Positions 16,824 to 27,045 of a DNA stretch of 64,000 bases are shown one piece after another (within the stretch, counting starts at the first letter, position 1; the number at the start of each line of letters is the position of its first letter). The notes below the pieces were generated by a model. That model saw nothing but the letters and a program-made list of their open reading frames with translations. It searched no databases and was not told where the DNA came from. Source of the DNA: a bacterium (GTDB lineage: Bacteria; Patescibacteriota; Minisyncoccia; Minisyncoccales; RBG-13-42-11); NCBI GenBank assembly GCA_043817685.1, contig JBDRGQ010000004.1:10842-74841 (forward strand), read 5' to 3'. A program made the translations under genes and the position numbers.

Positions 16824-18266
16824 ATGACTCCCTCTAAAATATTCTCCTATTTTTGCCTCTCTTTTCTGGGAGGCATTTTTTTAAGTTCTTTTTTTAGTTT
16901 TTTTCAGGTTTCTTTACTATTTATTAGCGTGGTTTCCATATTCTTGATTTCTGTTTTATGGAGGTATAAAAAGATTATTGTTCTGGGATTTTGCTTATTA
17001 TTTGTTTTATTGGGAATAGTAAGACACCAGGCGTTTAAAGAAGAATTTTTAGACTTACCCTTAAAAAAAGAAATATCCTTTGTTGGAATTGTGGTTTCAG
17101 AGCCAGATGTTAGGGAAAGCAATACGAAACTTACTTTAGGAAAAATAGATAATACAGAAAAAAAGATATTAATAACAGCCCCCAAATATCCAGAGTACCG
17201 GTATGGAGACAAATTAAGAGTAAAAGGATTATTGGAAATACCCATTCAATTTGATGATTTTAATTATCCAGGGTATTTAGCTAAAGATGGCATTTATTAT
17301 TTGTCTTATTATCCCAAAATTGAATTGTTAGAAAGAAATAAAGGAAACTTTATCCTTTCTAATATTTTTAAAATTAAAAATAAGTTTAGAAAAGTTATTT
17401 CAGAAAATCTTTCAATAAGCCAATCTTCTATATTGGGAGCTGTTATTTTGGGAGATAAAAGACAGCTTACGGAAGAATTAAAAGAGAAGTTAAATCTAGC
17501 TGGAGTCAGGCATTTAACTGCGATATCTGGGATGCATGTTGCTATTTTAACTTCTATTTTAATGAGTTTTTTAATCGGTCTTGGTTTGTGGCGCAAGCAG
17601 GCGTTTTGGATTACTTTAATAATTATTTCTTTATTCATTGTTTTAACTGGTTTGCAATCTTCTGCTGTCAGGGCGGGGATTATGGGAGGATTATTTATTT
17701 TGGCGCAATATTTAGGCAGACAAGGTTTTTCCATTAGAACTGTTTTATTCGCAGCTGCCATAATGTTATTTTTAAATCCTTTATTGTTGGCATCCGATGT
17801 TGGCTTTCAATTGTCTTTTTTAGCAGTAATAGGAATAATATTATTTGCTCCGATTTTGGAATATTATTTTAGGAAGGTTTCTAATAAATTTCAGTTAAGA
17901 AATATAGTATCTATGACATTGGCTGCCCAGATTTTTACTCTTCCCATACTTATTTTTAATTTTGGTCAGTTTTCTGTCGTTGCTCCTTTTGCCAATATTT
18001 TAATAGTTCCCTTACTTCCTTTTATTATGATTTCTGGATTTATCTTTGTTTTGTTAGGCGTTTTCTGGAATCCTTTGGCTTTTATTTTTTCTATTCCTTG
18101 CTGGATTCTTTTATCTTATTTAAATTTAGTGGTTAATTGGTTATCCAGCTTGCCTTTTGCCGCTGTTTTTTTGGATATTGCTTGGTTCGGGCTTACTATA
18201 TATTATTTATTAGTTGTTGTTTTTGTTTGGTGGTTGAAGAAAAGACTTAAAAATTCTTATTTTTAA
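16824..18266 (+). CDS. comEC: ComEC/Rec2-family DNA internalisation channel
   Basis: A DUF4131-like N-terminus is followed by a competence domain with GVRHLTAISGMHVAIL. It is polytopic and lacks the metallo-beta-lactamase domain. Confidence 0.8.
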   Translation: MTPSKIFSYFCLSFLGGIFLSSFFSFFQVSLLFISVVSIFLISVLWRYKKIIVLGFCLLFVLLGIVRHQAFKEEFLDLPLKKEISFVGIVVSEPDVRESNTKLTLGKIDNTEKKILITAPKYPEYRYGDKLRVKGLLEIPIQFDDFNYPGYLAKDGIYYLSYYPKIELLERNKGNFILSNIFKIKNKFRKVISENLSISQSSILGAVILGDKRQLTEELKEKLNLAGVRHLTAISGMHVAILTSILMSFLIGLGLWRKQAFWITLIIISLFIVLTGLQSSAVRAGIMGGLFILAQYLGRQGFSIRTVLFAAAIMLFLNPLLLASDVGFQLSFLAVIGIILFAPILEYYFRKVSNKFQLRNIVSMTLAAQIFTLPILIFNFGQFSVVAPFANILIVPLLPFIMISGFIFVLLGVFWNPLAFIFSIPCWILLSYLNLVVNWLSSLPFAAVFLDIAWFGLTIYYLLVVVFVWWLKKRLKNSYF

Positions 18267-18284
18267 TGTTAAAATCTATTTAAT

Positions 18285-19559
18285 ATGAAGGATTTTTGGT
18301 TAGTTTCAGTAAATATGGGATATGGGCATCAAAGGACGATATTTCCTCTGAAGAATTTTGCTTATGGAAAAAAGATTGTAAATGCCAATGATTATTCTGA
18401 AATTCCAGAAAAAGACAAAAAAATTTGGTTAGCCACTAGAAAAGGATATGAATTAATCTCAAGAGTAAAAAAGATTCCCATATTGGGAAATTTTGTTTTT
18501 TTGCTTTTTGACCAGTTTCAAAAAATACTTGAATTCTATCCGAAAAGAGATCTTTCTATCCCCACTTTTCAATTAAAACAGAACGACTCTTTAATAAGAA
18601 GGGGCTGGGGGAAGGATTTAATAAATAAATTAGAAGAAAGACCAACGACTTTTATTACAAGTTTTTTTACTCCTGCTTTTATGGCAGAGCATTTTAAATA
18701 TTCAAAAGATATTTACTGTATAATTTGTGATGCTGATATCGCCAGAACCTGGGCGCCTATGAACCCCAAGAAAAGCAAAATAAAATATTTAGTCCCGAAT
18801 GAAAGAGTGGTGGAAAGGTTAAAATTATACGGGGTTAAGCCAAAAAACATCTTTTTGACCGGTTATCCTCTGCCTTTAGAAAATATTGGAACTAAGAAAA
18901 TGGAAGTGTTAAAAATGGATATAAAGAATAGATTGGCGAACTTAGATGTTAATAAAAAATATTCTGATTATTATGAACCTTTAATTAAAAGTTATTTAGG
19001 GAATCTACCCAAAAGACCAAATCATCCACTTACTGTAATGTTTGCTGTTGGCGGAGCAGGGGCCCAAGCCGAAATAGGATATAGGGCTTTAAAAAGTTTG
19101 CGTAAAAAAATAAAAAAAGGAAAAGTTAAATTTATTTTAGTGGCTGGGACAAAAAAAACAGTAAAGGAGTATTTTGAAGACAAGATAGTGGAATTAAGAT
19201 TATTAAGAGAGAAAAATGTTGAAATATTGTTTGATGATACTTTTGAAAAATACTTCAATAAATTTAATAAGGCCCTGAGGAAAACAGATATTCTTTGGAC
19301 CAAGCCCTCCGAACTTTCTTTTTATTCTGCCTTAGGATTACCGATCATTATAGCTCCTTGTATAGGATCCCAAGAGAAGTTTAATAGGAATTGGCTTTTA
19401 AAATCTGGATTTGGTATTTCCCAAGGGAATCCAAATTATACAGACCAATGGCTGTTTGATTGGCTGGAAAAAGGATATTTTGCCGAAGCCGCTCTTCAGG
19501 GATTTATTGAAGGAAAACAATTAGGAACGTTAAACATAAAAGAAATAGTTAGCAAATGA
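18285..19559 (+). CDS. GT28-family glycosyltransferase, MGDG-synthase/UgtP-like (glycolipid synthase candidate)
   Basis: The N-terminus WLVSVNMGYGHQ resembles the MGDG-synthase N-domain. The C-terminal half (VMFAVGGAGAQ...ILWTKPSELSFYSALGLPIII) resembles Glyco_tran_28_C. The assignment rests on motifs only. Confidence 0.5.
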   Translation: MKDFWLVSVNMGYGHQRTIFPLKNFAYGKKIVNANDYSEIPEKDKKIWLATRKGYELISRVKKIPILGNFVFLLFDQFQKILEFYPKRDLSIPTFQLKQNDSLIRRGWGKDLINKLEERPTTFITSFFTPAFMAEHFKYSKDIYCIICDADIARTWAPMNPKKSKIKYLVPNERVVERLKLYGVKPKNIFLTGYPLPLENIGTKKMEVLKMDIKNRLANLDVNKKYSDYYEPLIKSYLGNLPKRPNHPLTVMFAVGGAGAQAEIGYRALKSLRKKIKKGKVKFILVAGTKKTVKEYFEDKIVELRLLREKNVEILFDDTFEKYFNKFNKALRKTDILWTKPSELSFYSALGLPIIIAPCIGSQEKFNRNWLLKSGFGISQGNPNYTDQWLFDWLEKGYFAEAALQGFIEGKQLGTLNIKEIVSK

Positions 19560-20467
19560 ATTGGATAGCAGTTACAATTTCAGCTTATTTTATCTTAGCC
19601 GTAGTATTTTTAGTTGATAAATATCTTCTTGTTTCTTCTGTCCCTAATTCAAAAGTATACGCTTTTTATGTCGGATTATTAGGATCTGTAATATTATTAG
19701 TTATCCCTTTCGTAGATTTTTATATTCCTGATACTCCACAATTAATTTTAGCCCTGACTTCCGGAGCTGTTTTCGTTTATGGGTTGTCTTGGCTTTATAA
19801 AACATTAAAGCTTTTTGAAGTTTCTAGAGTGATTCCCGCAGTCGGAGGGTTAACTCCTATTTTCACTTTTCTTTTGATTTATATAATATCTTCTGGCAAA
19901 GAAGTTTTTTCTTTCTTTGGAATAATAGCGTTCGTTTTTTTAATTTCAGGAAGCGTTATTATTAATTTAAGAAAAGATCAATCTATTACTTTTACCAGTT
20001 TTAAATTTTCAGTAGTTTCAGCTTTTCTTCTTTCTTTATCTTTTGTTTTGACTAAATACGTTTATATGGCCCAGCCTTTTTGGAACGGATTTATATGGAA
20101 AACCTTAGGAGGGGTGACAATGGCAATAATATTTTATTTGATATTTTCGGAAGTCAGAGAGAATGCTTTTAGAAAAGAGAAAAGAATGTCTGGTAAAACA
20201 GCAATTATTTTCCTTTTAAACCAAACCGGTGGAGCAGGAGCGTCTATTCTGCAGAATTGGGCAATCTTTTTAGCTCCTTTGGTTTATATTCCCATCGTCT
20301 ACGCTCTTAACGGGACTCAATATGTATTTTTATTTTTGTTCACTATAATTCTTTCTTTAAAATTCCCTAAGATAATAAAGGAAGAAATTTCAAAAGAAGC
20401 CATTTCTCAAAAGGTTATAGCTATATTATTAATAGGAGCAGGATTATTCTTTCTCTATTTTAAATAA
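19556..20467 (+). CDS. Polytopic membrane protein, EamA/DMT-like (possible lipid-linked sugar flippase or permease)
   Basis: There are about 9-10 predicted TM segments, with two EamA-like halves (SRVIPAVGGLTPIF). It overlaps the upstream gene by 4 nt. Confidence 0.45.
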   Translation: MNWIAVTISAYFILAVVFLVDKYLLVSSVPNSKVYAFYVGLLGSVILLVIPFVDFYIPDTPQLILALTSGAVFVYGLSWLYKTLKLFEVSRVIPAVGGLTPIFTFLLIYIISSGKEVFSFFGIIAFVFLISGSVIINLRKDQSITFTSFKFSVVSAFLLSLSFVLTKYVYMAQPFWNGFIWKTLGGVTMAIIFYLIFSEVRENAFRKEKRMSGKTAIIFLLNQTGGAGASILQNWAIFLAPLVYIPIVYALNGTQYVFLFLFTIILSLKFPKIIKEEISKEAISQKVIAILLIGAGLFFLYFK

Positions 20468-21457
20468 ATGAAGAAAATAAAATTAATGCTTTTCGTAATT
20501 TTAATAATTTTATTAATTGTTATTGGTTATTTCTTTATCGGTTCAGCTCCGGAAAGAGAGAATATTATTTGGGGAGTTAATTTTTCACAAAAACACGCTC
20601 AAAATATGGGAATGGATTGGAGGGAAAATTATTTAGCTTTGATAAACGATTTAGGGGCTCGTGAAATAAAAATAGCCAGTTACTGGGATTTATTGGAGGG
20701 TGAAGAAGGAAAGTATTCTTTTGAAGATTTAGATTGGCAATTAGACGTTGCTAAAGAGAATGGAGTCAACATTCTTTTGGTAATAGGGATGAAAAGTCCT
20801 CGTTGGCCAGAATGCCATATCCCAGGATGGGCAAAAGGATTAGAGAAATCAGAACAACAAGAAAAGATACTTAATTTTTTAAAAGGATTAGTTTCGCATT
20901 ATAAAAATTCAGATGTAATTTCAATATGGCAGGTGGAGAATGAACCTTTCTTTCCGTTTGGAGAATGCCCTTGGGCAGACAAGGAATTCTTAGTAAAAGA
21001 AATAGATCTTATTAAATCTTTAGACGATAAAAACAGGCCTATTTTAATTTCAGACAGCGGGGAGGGGTCTTTTTGGTTTTCAGCCGCTTCTCTCTCAGAT
21101 GTGGTTGGGACTACGATGTATAGAAAGGTTTGGATACGGCAGTTAAGCAGATATTTAACTTATCCTTTGCCACCTGTTTTTTACTGGAGAAAAGCTAATT
21201 TAATAGACAAGGTTTTTGATAAAGAAGTTATTTGTGTAGAATTACAGGCGGAACCATGGGGACCTGAACTTTTATATGTCAGTCCGGCAGAAGAACAGGA
21301 AAAAACAATGAATCTGCAAAAATTTAAAGACAATATTGAGTATGCTAAGAAAACTGGATTAAGAACTTTTTATCTATGGGGAGGAGAGTGGTGGTATTGG
21401 ATGAAAGAAGTTAAGGGTCAAGGAGAAATATGGGAAGAAGCCAAAAAACTATTTTAA
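20468..21457 (+). CDS. Membrane-anchored glycoside hydrolase (TIM-barrel, GH5/GH113-like, NEP catalytic motif)
   Basis: An N-terminal TM anchor is followed by an ...ISIWQVENEPFF segment, which is the acid/base NEP motif of clan GH-A. The protein is Trp-rich. Confidence 0.5.
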   Translation: MKKIKLMLFVILIILLIVIGYFFIGSAPERENIIWGVNFSQKHAQNMGMDWRENYLALINDLGAREIKIASYWDLLEGEEGKYSFEDLDWQLDVAKENGVNILLVIGMKSPRWPECHIPGWAKGLEKSEQQEKILNFLKGLVSHYKNSDVISIWQVENEPFFPFGECPWADKEFLVKEIDLIKSLDDKNRPILISDSGEGSFWFSAASLSDVVGTTMYRKVWIRQLSRYLTYPLPPVFYWRKANLIDKVFDKEVICVELQAEPWGPELLYVSPAEEQEKTMNLQKFKDNIEYAKKTGLRTFYLWGGEWWYWMKEVKGQGEIWEEAKKLF

Positions 21458-21458
21458 T

Positions 21459-22169
21459 ATGATATCAATCATTATCCCAACGTATAATGAAGAAAAATAT
21501 CTTTCTTTATTATTGAAATCAATAAGAAAACAAGGGGTTAAGGATTATGAAATAATCGTTTCTGATAATAATTCTACGGACAGAACAAGGAAAATTGCCA
21601 AGAAATACGGGTGTGAAATAGCTTCTGGGGGGTTGCCGGCTAGAGGAAGGAATCAGGGAGCTAAAATTGCAAAAGGAGACACTCTTCTTTTTCTAGATGC
21701 AGACTTAGTTTTACCGATAGATTTTATTAAAAAATCAATCTTAGAATTCAATAAAAGGAAGCTGGATATAGCTTCTTATAAAATAGTTCCTAAAAAAGGA
21801 AATAAAATAGTTAAAAGAGGGTTTGATGTTTTGTATAATTGGCCTGCTTTTCTTTCTCAAGGATTTCTTCCTCACGGAGCTATGGGAATTATGATTAAGA
21901 GAAAAATATTTGATAAGATAGGTGGGTTTGATGAAAAGATAAAGATAGCAGAAGACCATTATTTTGTCAGACAAGCAGCAGAAGTTGGAAAATTCGGAAT
22001 AATATCTTCCACTAAAATATTTACTTCTTTAAGAAGATTTAAAAAAGACGGATATACAAAAACTTTGTCTAAATATTTAGCAGCTTCTATTTATATGCTT
22101 TCTGGAAAACCGATTAAATCCGGAATTAGTTATAAATTTGGACACTATTTAAGAAAGAAAAAAAATTGA
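21459..22169 (+). CDS. GT2 glycosyltransferase, Dpm1/GtrB/ArnC-like (polyprenyl-phosphate sugar transferase)
   Basis: The N-terminus ISIIIPTYNEEKYL and the DxD motif LFLDADL are present. The 236-aa size is typical of Dpm1-like enzymes. Confidence 0.75.
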   Translation: MISIIIPTYNEEKYLSLLLKSIRKQGVKDYEIIVSDNNSTDRTRKIAKKYGCEIASGGLPARGRNQGAKIAKGDTLLFLDADLVLPIDFIKKSILEFNKRKLDIASYKIVPKKGNKIVKRGFDVLYNWPAFLSQGFLPHGAMGIMIKRKIFDKIGGFDEKIKIAEDHYFVRQAAEVGKFGIISSTKIFTSLRRFKKDGYTKTLSKYLAASIYMLSGKPIKSGISYKFGHYLRKKKN

Positions 22170-22183
22170 TATAATTATTATAT

Positions 22184-23485
22184 ATGAACCTTTACGACCT
22201 CCCAGAGATTAAAAAGCCTAAATTTAAAGCTATAAAGAATAGAGTTTTCTGGTTTATTATTTCTTCCATTTTTTTATCAGTTTTGTTCGGATTTTTAGCT
22301 GGAATGGTTTCCTGGAGTTTTTTTTATTTTGAGATAAAGGAATATTTAGAGAAAATAGATATTAATACCCCTGATTTAGAAATTACCGAGAATGAATATG
22401 TACCGCCCACCAGTCACGAGAACTTATTAATAAAAGCAGTAGAAAATGTAGATCCTGCAGTAGTAAGTATAATTATCACCAAAGATGTTCCTATTTTTGA
22501 ACAGTATTATTATAATCCTTTTGAGGGATTTGGAGATATCGGGAGCGATTTCTTAATCCCCCAATACAGGCAGAAAGGAACAGAAAAGCAAGAAGTGGGA
22601 GGAGGAACGGGTTTTATTGTTTCCAAAGACGGGATGATTCTTACTAATAAACATGTAGCTTTGGACGAAGAAGCTGGATACACCGTATTTACTAACGACG
22701 GCAAAAATTATCCTGCCAAAGTTTTAGCTAGAGATCCTCTTCAAGATATAGCTGTCTTAAAGATAGACCAGGATAAAATGGTGACGGAAGAAGGAGAATT
22801 AATATCCAAAGATTTCCCTATTGTTAAATTAGGAGATTCAGATGGACTTAAAATGGGACAAACCGTTGTAGCTATTGGTAATGCTCTAGGAGAATTCAGG
22901 AATACTATTTCTGTAGGCGTTATTTCTGGTCTAGGAAGAACTATTTTAGCCTCAGGCGAAGGAATTACAGAAACTATAGAAAACGTAATTCAAACAGATG
23001 CTGCGATAAATAAGGGGAATTCAGGAGGACCTCTTTTAAATCTTAGGGGGGAAGTAATAGGCATTAATACTGCTATGGTTCAAGACGCCCAAAGTATTGG
23101 TTTTGCTATTCCTATTAACGATGCTAAAAAAGGAATAGAACAGGTAAAGACTTTAGGTAAAATAGTTTATCCCTTCTTGGGAGTTAGATATCTTTTAATA
23201 ACAGAAAGCGTTCAAGAGGAAAGAGAATTGTCAGTAGATTACGGAGCTTTATTAGTCCAAGGCTCAGGAGGAGAATCAGCCGTGTCGGTTAATTCAGCTG
23301 CTGATAAAGCTGGGTTAAAAAAGGGAGATATAATACTGGAGCTTAACGGAGAAAAGATTACAACTGATAATCCTTTAACAAAAATTCTTGAAAAGTATAA
23401 TCCTGAAAACATAGTAAACTTAAGAGTTTTAAGGGGAGAAAGAGAAATATATCTTTCAGCTGTTTTAGGAGAAAGGGGTGAATAA
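22184..23485 (+). CDS. htrA: HtrA/DegP-family serine protease with PDZ domain
   Basis: The catalytic triad context is intact (TNKHV, DIAVLKI, GNSGGPLLN). A C-terminal PDZ domain is present (GLKKGDIILELNGEKI). There is an N-terminal TM segment. Confidence 0.8.
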   Translation: MNLYDLPEIKKPKFKAIKNRVFWFIISSIFLSVLFGFLAGMVSWSFFYFEIKEYLEKIDINTPDLEITENEYVPPTSHENLLIKAVENVDPAVVSIIITKDVPIFEQYYYNPFEGFGDIGSDFLIPQYRQKGTEKQEVGGGTGFIVSKDGMILTNKHVALDEEAGYTVFTNDGKNYPAKVLARDPLQDIAVLKIDQDKMVTEEGELISKDFPIVKLGDSDGLKMGQTVVAIGNALGEFRNTISVGVISGLGRTILASGEGITETIENVIQTDAAINKGNSGGPLLNLRGEVIGINTAMVQDAQSIGFAIPINDAKKGIEQVKTLGKIVYPFLGVRYLLITESVQEERELSVDYGALLVQGSGGESAVSVNSAADKAGLKKGDIILELNGEKITTDNPLTKILEKYNPENIVNLRVLRGEREIYLSAVLGERGE

Positions 23486-23631
23486 TAATTTTCATATTTT
23501 CAGAGCTTTTTAGTTTAAGCTTTTTTTAATCCCTTGTCTTGATTTTTTGCCATTTTGCGCTAGAATTAAGATTGATATTCAGTGAATTTTATTCATTTCG
23601 ACCATCGATTTTACAAGTAAAATCTCGGTAT

Positions 23632-26310
23632 ATGAACGGTAATTTTACTCATAAAGCACAAGAAGCTATTTTGGCTTCCCAGAATATAGCTCAAGAAAGA
23701 GGTCAGCAGCAGGTTGACGCTCTCCACCTTTTACATTCTTTAATTTCCCAAGACGGAAGCGTGGTTTTGAATTTGCTCCAGAGATTAGGAACAGACATAG
23801 AAGGATTAAAAAAGAAAACAAGCGTTGCTATAGATAAGATTCCTCAGATTTCAGCTCCCCAGTCTTTTGGTCAGTTATATCTTACCCAAGATATGGCCAA
23901 AGTTCTTGAAAGGGCAAGGCAAGAATCGGTTAAGATGGGAGATGAATATATATCTGTTGAACATTTGTTTTTATCTTTATTGGATACTGGGACTAAAGCT
24001 AAAGAAATTTTAGACAAAGTAAATTTCTTGCAGCCAAGAGGTGGAGTTTCTTCTTTGGAACTTGGAAAATTAGATTACGACACTGTTTTAAAGAATCTAG
24101 CTCAAATCAGGGGAGGACAAAAAATTACAGACCCCGAACCCGAATCCAAATACCAAGTTATAGAAAAATATGCCAAAAATCTTACTAATTTAGCCAGACA
24201 AGGGAAACTAGATCCAGTTATTGGAAGAGAGAATGAAATAAGAAGACTTATGCAGGTTCTTTCCAGAAGAACCAAGAATAATCCTGTCTTAATAGGAGAA
24301 TCCGGAGTTGGTAAAACAGCCATTGCCGAAGGATTGGCCCAGAAAATAATGTCAGGGCATGTGCCTGAATCTTTGAAAGACAAGGAAATTATTGCTTTGG
24401 ACTTGGGCTCTTTGATAGCTGGAACCAAATATAGAGGAGAGTTTGAAGACAGGATAAGAGCTTTATTGAAAGAGCTGGATAGATCCCAGGGAAGATATTT
24501 ATTGTTTATAGATGAATTACACACTTTGATTGGAGCAGGGGCTGCAGAAGGAGCCATAGATGCTTCTAATCTTTTAAAACCTGCCCTGCAAAGAGGAGAA
24601 TTAAGAGCTATTGGAGCTACCACTTTGAAAGAATATCAAAAATACATAGAAAAAGATCCGGCCCTGGAAAGAAGATTCCAGCCCATACTGGTTCTTGAAC
24701 CATCTGTAGAAGATACGGTTTCAATATTAAGAGGTTTGAAAGAAAAGTACGAACTTCACCACGGAGTTAAGATAAAAGATGATGCTTTGGTGGACTCTGC
24801 TGAATTAGCTGCCAGATACATTACAGATAGGTTTTTACCCGATAAAGCAGTAGATTTGATGGATGAGGCCATGAGTTCTTTGAGGCTGGAGATAGAATCA
24901 GAACCAACTGATTTAGAGGTATTGAAAAAAGAAATTCAAAAACTGGAAATAGAGAAAAAAGCTTTGAAATCTGACAAGACCAAACAAAGAATTCTTTCCA
25001 GACAGTTAGCAGATTTAAAGGAAAAAGCTTCTGGTATAGAAGCTAAATGGCAGTCTGAAAGAGAGACTATCGCTAAAATAAGGAATCTTAAAGAGAAAAT
25101 AGAGAGAGCTAGATTTGAAATAGAAAGAGCGCAAAACAGCGGTGAACTTCAAAAAGTTGCAGAATTGAAATATGGAGAAGTGCCAGCTCTTTTAAAAGAA
25201 TTAGATGCGGCAGAAAGAAAACTAATTCGTTTTCAGAAAAACAGGCCAATTCTTAAAGAAGAAGTTTCTAAAGAAGAAGTGGCCAAAGTTGTTTCAAGGT
25301 GGACCGGTATTCCCGTCACTAGGCTTTTAGAAGAGGAGGCAAAGAAATTGGAGAATATGGAAGATGTTTTAGCTAAAAGGGTTATTGGTCAAAAAGAAGC
25401 TATAGAAGCTATATCAAACGCTATCCGCAGAGCTAGGGCTGGAATATCAGAAGAGAATAGGCCTGTGGGTTCTTTTATGTTTTTGGGCCCCACTGGTGTT
25501 GGAAAGACTGAAACAGCAAAGAGTTTGGCAGGATTCTTGTTTAACGATGAAAATGCTTTGGTCAGATTAGACATGTCAGAGTATATGGAAAAACATACTG
25601 TTTCTAAAATGATAGGCTCTCCTCCAGGATACGTGGGGTACGAAGAGGGAGGACAATTAACCGATAAAATAAGAAGAAGGCCTTATAGCGTAATTCTTTT
25701 AGACGAAATAGAAAAAGCTCATCCGGATGTCTTTAATATTCTTTTGCAGATTCTTGAAGACGGAAGGTTAACAGACGCCAAAGGAAGAGTAGCTTCTTTT
25801 AAGAATGCTATTTTGATAATGACTTCCAATCTTGGTTCAGAATATATAGCCAAGATGAGTTCTCTTGGATTTTTAGGGGAGGAAGAAGGAGAAAAAAAGA
25901 GCTTAAAAGACAAAGTTATGGAAAATTTAAAGGAACAATTCAGACCTGAATTCTTAAACAGGATAGACGAGATTATTATATTTGATTATCTTGATAAGAC
26001 TGAAATAAGAAAGATAGTTGATTTAGAATTAAAGAAAGTTGGAGAAAGACTTATCGGAAAAGGTATTAATATCTCTATTTCAGACAAGGTTAAAGAATAT
26101 TTAGTGGAAAGAGGGTTTGATCCTAATCTTGGAGCTAGACCTTTGAAAAGGGTTATCCAAAAGATGGTTTTAGATCCTTTAGCTATTCAGATTGTAACTG
26201 GCAAACTCTCAGAAGGAGGAAATGTTTTGGTTGATATTATCAATGAAAAGATAGTTTTTAATAATCAGAAGCTCCCTTTTAAACATAAGAAAGAAAGGGT
26301 ATTAGTTTAA
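23632..26310 (+). CDS. clpB: ClpB-type AAA+ disaggregase chaperone
   Basis: The Clp-N repeats are followed by two AAA+ modules (GESGVGKTAIAEGLA, GPTGVGKTETAKSLA). A long coiled-coil M-domain lies between them, as in ClpB. I place the start at ATG 23632 (MNGNFTHKAQEA). Confidence 0.85.
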   Translation: MNGNFTHKAQEAILASQNIAQERGQQQVDALHLLHSLISQDGSVVLNLLQRLGTDIEGLKKKTSVAIDKIPQISAPQSFGQLYLTQDMAKVLERARQESVKMGDEYISVEHLFLSLLDTGTKAKEILDKVNFLQPRGGVSSLELGKLDYDTVLKNLAQIRGGQKITDPEPESKYQVIEKYAKNLTNLARQGKLDPVIGRENEIRRLMQVLSRRTKNNPVLIGESGVGKTAIAEGLAQKIMSGHVPESLKDKEIIALDLGSLIAGTKYRGEFEDRIRALLKELDRSQGRYLLFIDELHTLIGAGAAEGAIDASNLLKPALQRGELRAIGATTLKEYQKYIEKDPALERRFQPILVLEPSVEDTVSILRGLKEKYELHHGVKIKDDALVDSAELAARYITDRFLPDKAVDLMDEAMSSLRLEIESEPTDLEVLKKEIQKLEIEKKALKSDKTKQRILSRQLADLKEKASGIEAKWQSERETIAKIRNLKEKIERARFEIERAQNSGELQKVAELKYGEVPALLKELDAAERKLIRFQKNRPILKEEVSKEEVAKVVSRWTGIPVTRLLEEEAKKLENMEDVLAKRVIGQKEAIEAISNAIRRARAGISEENRPVGSFMFLGPTGVGKTETAKSLAGFLFNDENALVRLDMSEYMEKHTVSKMIGSPPGYVGYEEGGQLTDKIRRRPYSVILLDEIEKAHPDVFNILLQILEDGRLTDAKGRVASFKNAILIMTSNLGSEYIAKMSSLGFLGEEEGEKKSLKDKVMENLKEQFRPEFLNRIDEIIIFDYLDKTEIRKIVDLELKKVGERLIGKGINISISDKVKEYLVERGFDPNLGARPLKRVIQKMVLDPLAIQIVTGKLSEGGNVLVDIINEKIVFNNQKLPFKHKKERVLV

Positions 26311-26313
26311 TTT

Positions 26314-27045
26314 ATGTCCAGAAATGTTATTAAAATAGTTATTTTTTTCGTGGTGGGGATGATAGGTGGTATTTTTGCAGACCAGATATTCTGGCCTTAT
26401 TTTATTGAGAAACCTCTTTTTCATCAGTACAGGTTAGAACAAAATCCTGTTTATGTTACTGAAATAAAAGAAACCATGATTCAGGAAAATACTGCTTTAA
26501 CTATTGCTATAGAAAAAGTTGATACATCTATCACTGGAGTTAGAACAAAAACTTCAACCGGCGAAATGCTAGAAGGATCAGGCCTTATTATCACCTCGGA
26601 CGGTTTAATGGTTACTTTGGCTTCTTTAGTTCCTTTAGACTCAGAATACAGCTTTTTTATTGATGGGAAAAAATATTCCTACCAGATACTAAAAAGAGAT
26701 TTTGTTAATGATTTAGCTCTGGTAAAGCTTGGTAAAACTAATTTACCTGTAATAAACTTTGCTAATTTGGATGAAATAAGTTTGGGAGAAAGAGTTTTTG
26801 TTTTAGGAATCACTTTTGAAGAGTTAGAAAAAGAAATTATTTCTACTGGTTTTTCTGCTAACGAAGGTATAATTAAAAAGCTTGATAAAGATATTATTTC
26901 TACTAATATTATAGAAAATAAGATTATGTTAGGAAGTTCTCTATTCAATATAAAAGGGGAAATAATTGGCTTAGCTGTTGTCAATAATAGGGGGGAAATA
27001 AATGTTATTTCTGTCACTCAAATAAAAGAATTCGTAGGATTGTAA
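26314..27045 (+). CDS. Membrane-anchored trypsin-like (S1C/HtrA-like) domain protein with a degenerate catalytic triad (putative pseudo-protease)
   Basis: It aligns to the upstream HtrA core (GSGLIITSDGLMV, DLALVKL, GSSLFNIKGEIIGL). The catalytic His box is replaced (TLASL) and the GNSGGP box is degraded. It begins 4 nt after the clpB stop codon. Confidence 0.5.
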   Translation: MSRNVIKIVIFFVVGMIGGIFADQIFWPYFIEKPLFHQYRLEQNPVYVTEIKETMIQENTALTIAIEKVDTSITGVRTKTSTGEMLEGSGLIITSDGLMVTLASLVPLDSEYSFFIDGKKYSYQILKRDFVNDLALVKLGKTNLPVINFANLDEISLGERVFVLGITFEELEKEIISTGFSANEGIIKKLDKDIISTNIIENKIMLGSSLFNIKGEIIGLAVVNNRGEINVISVTQIKEFVGL

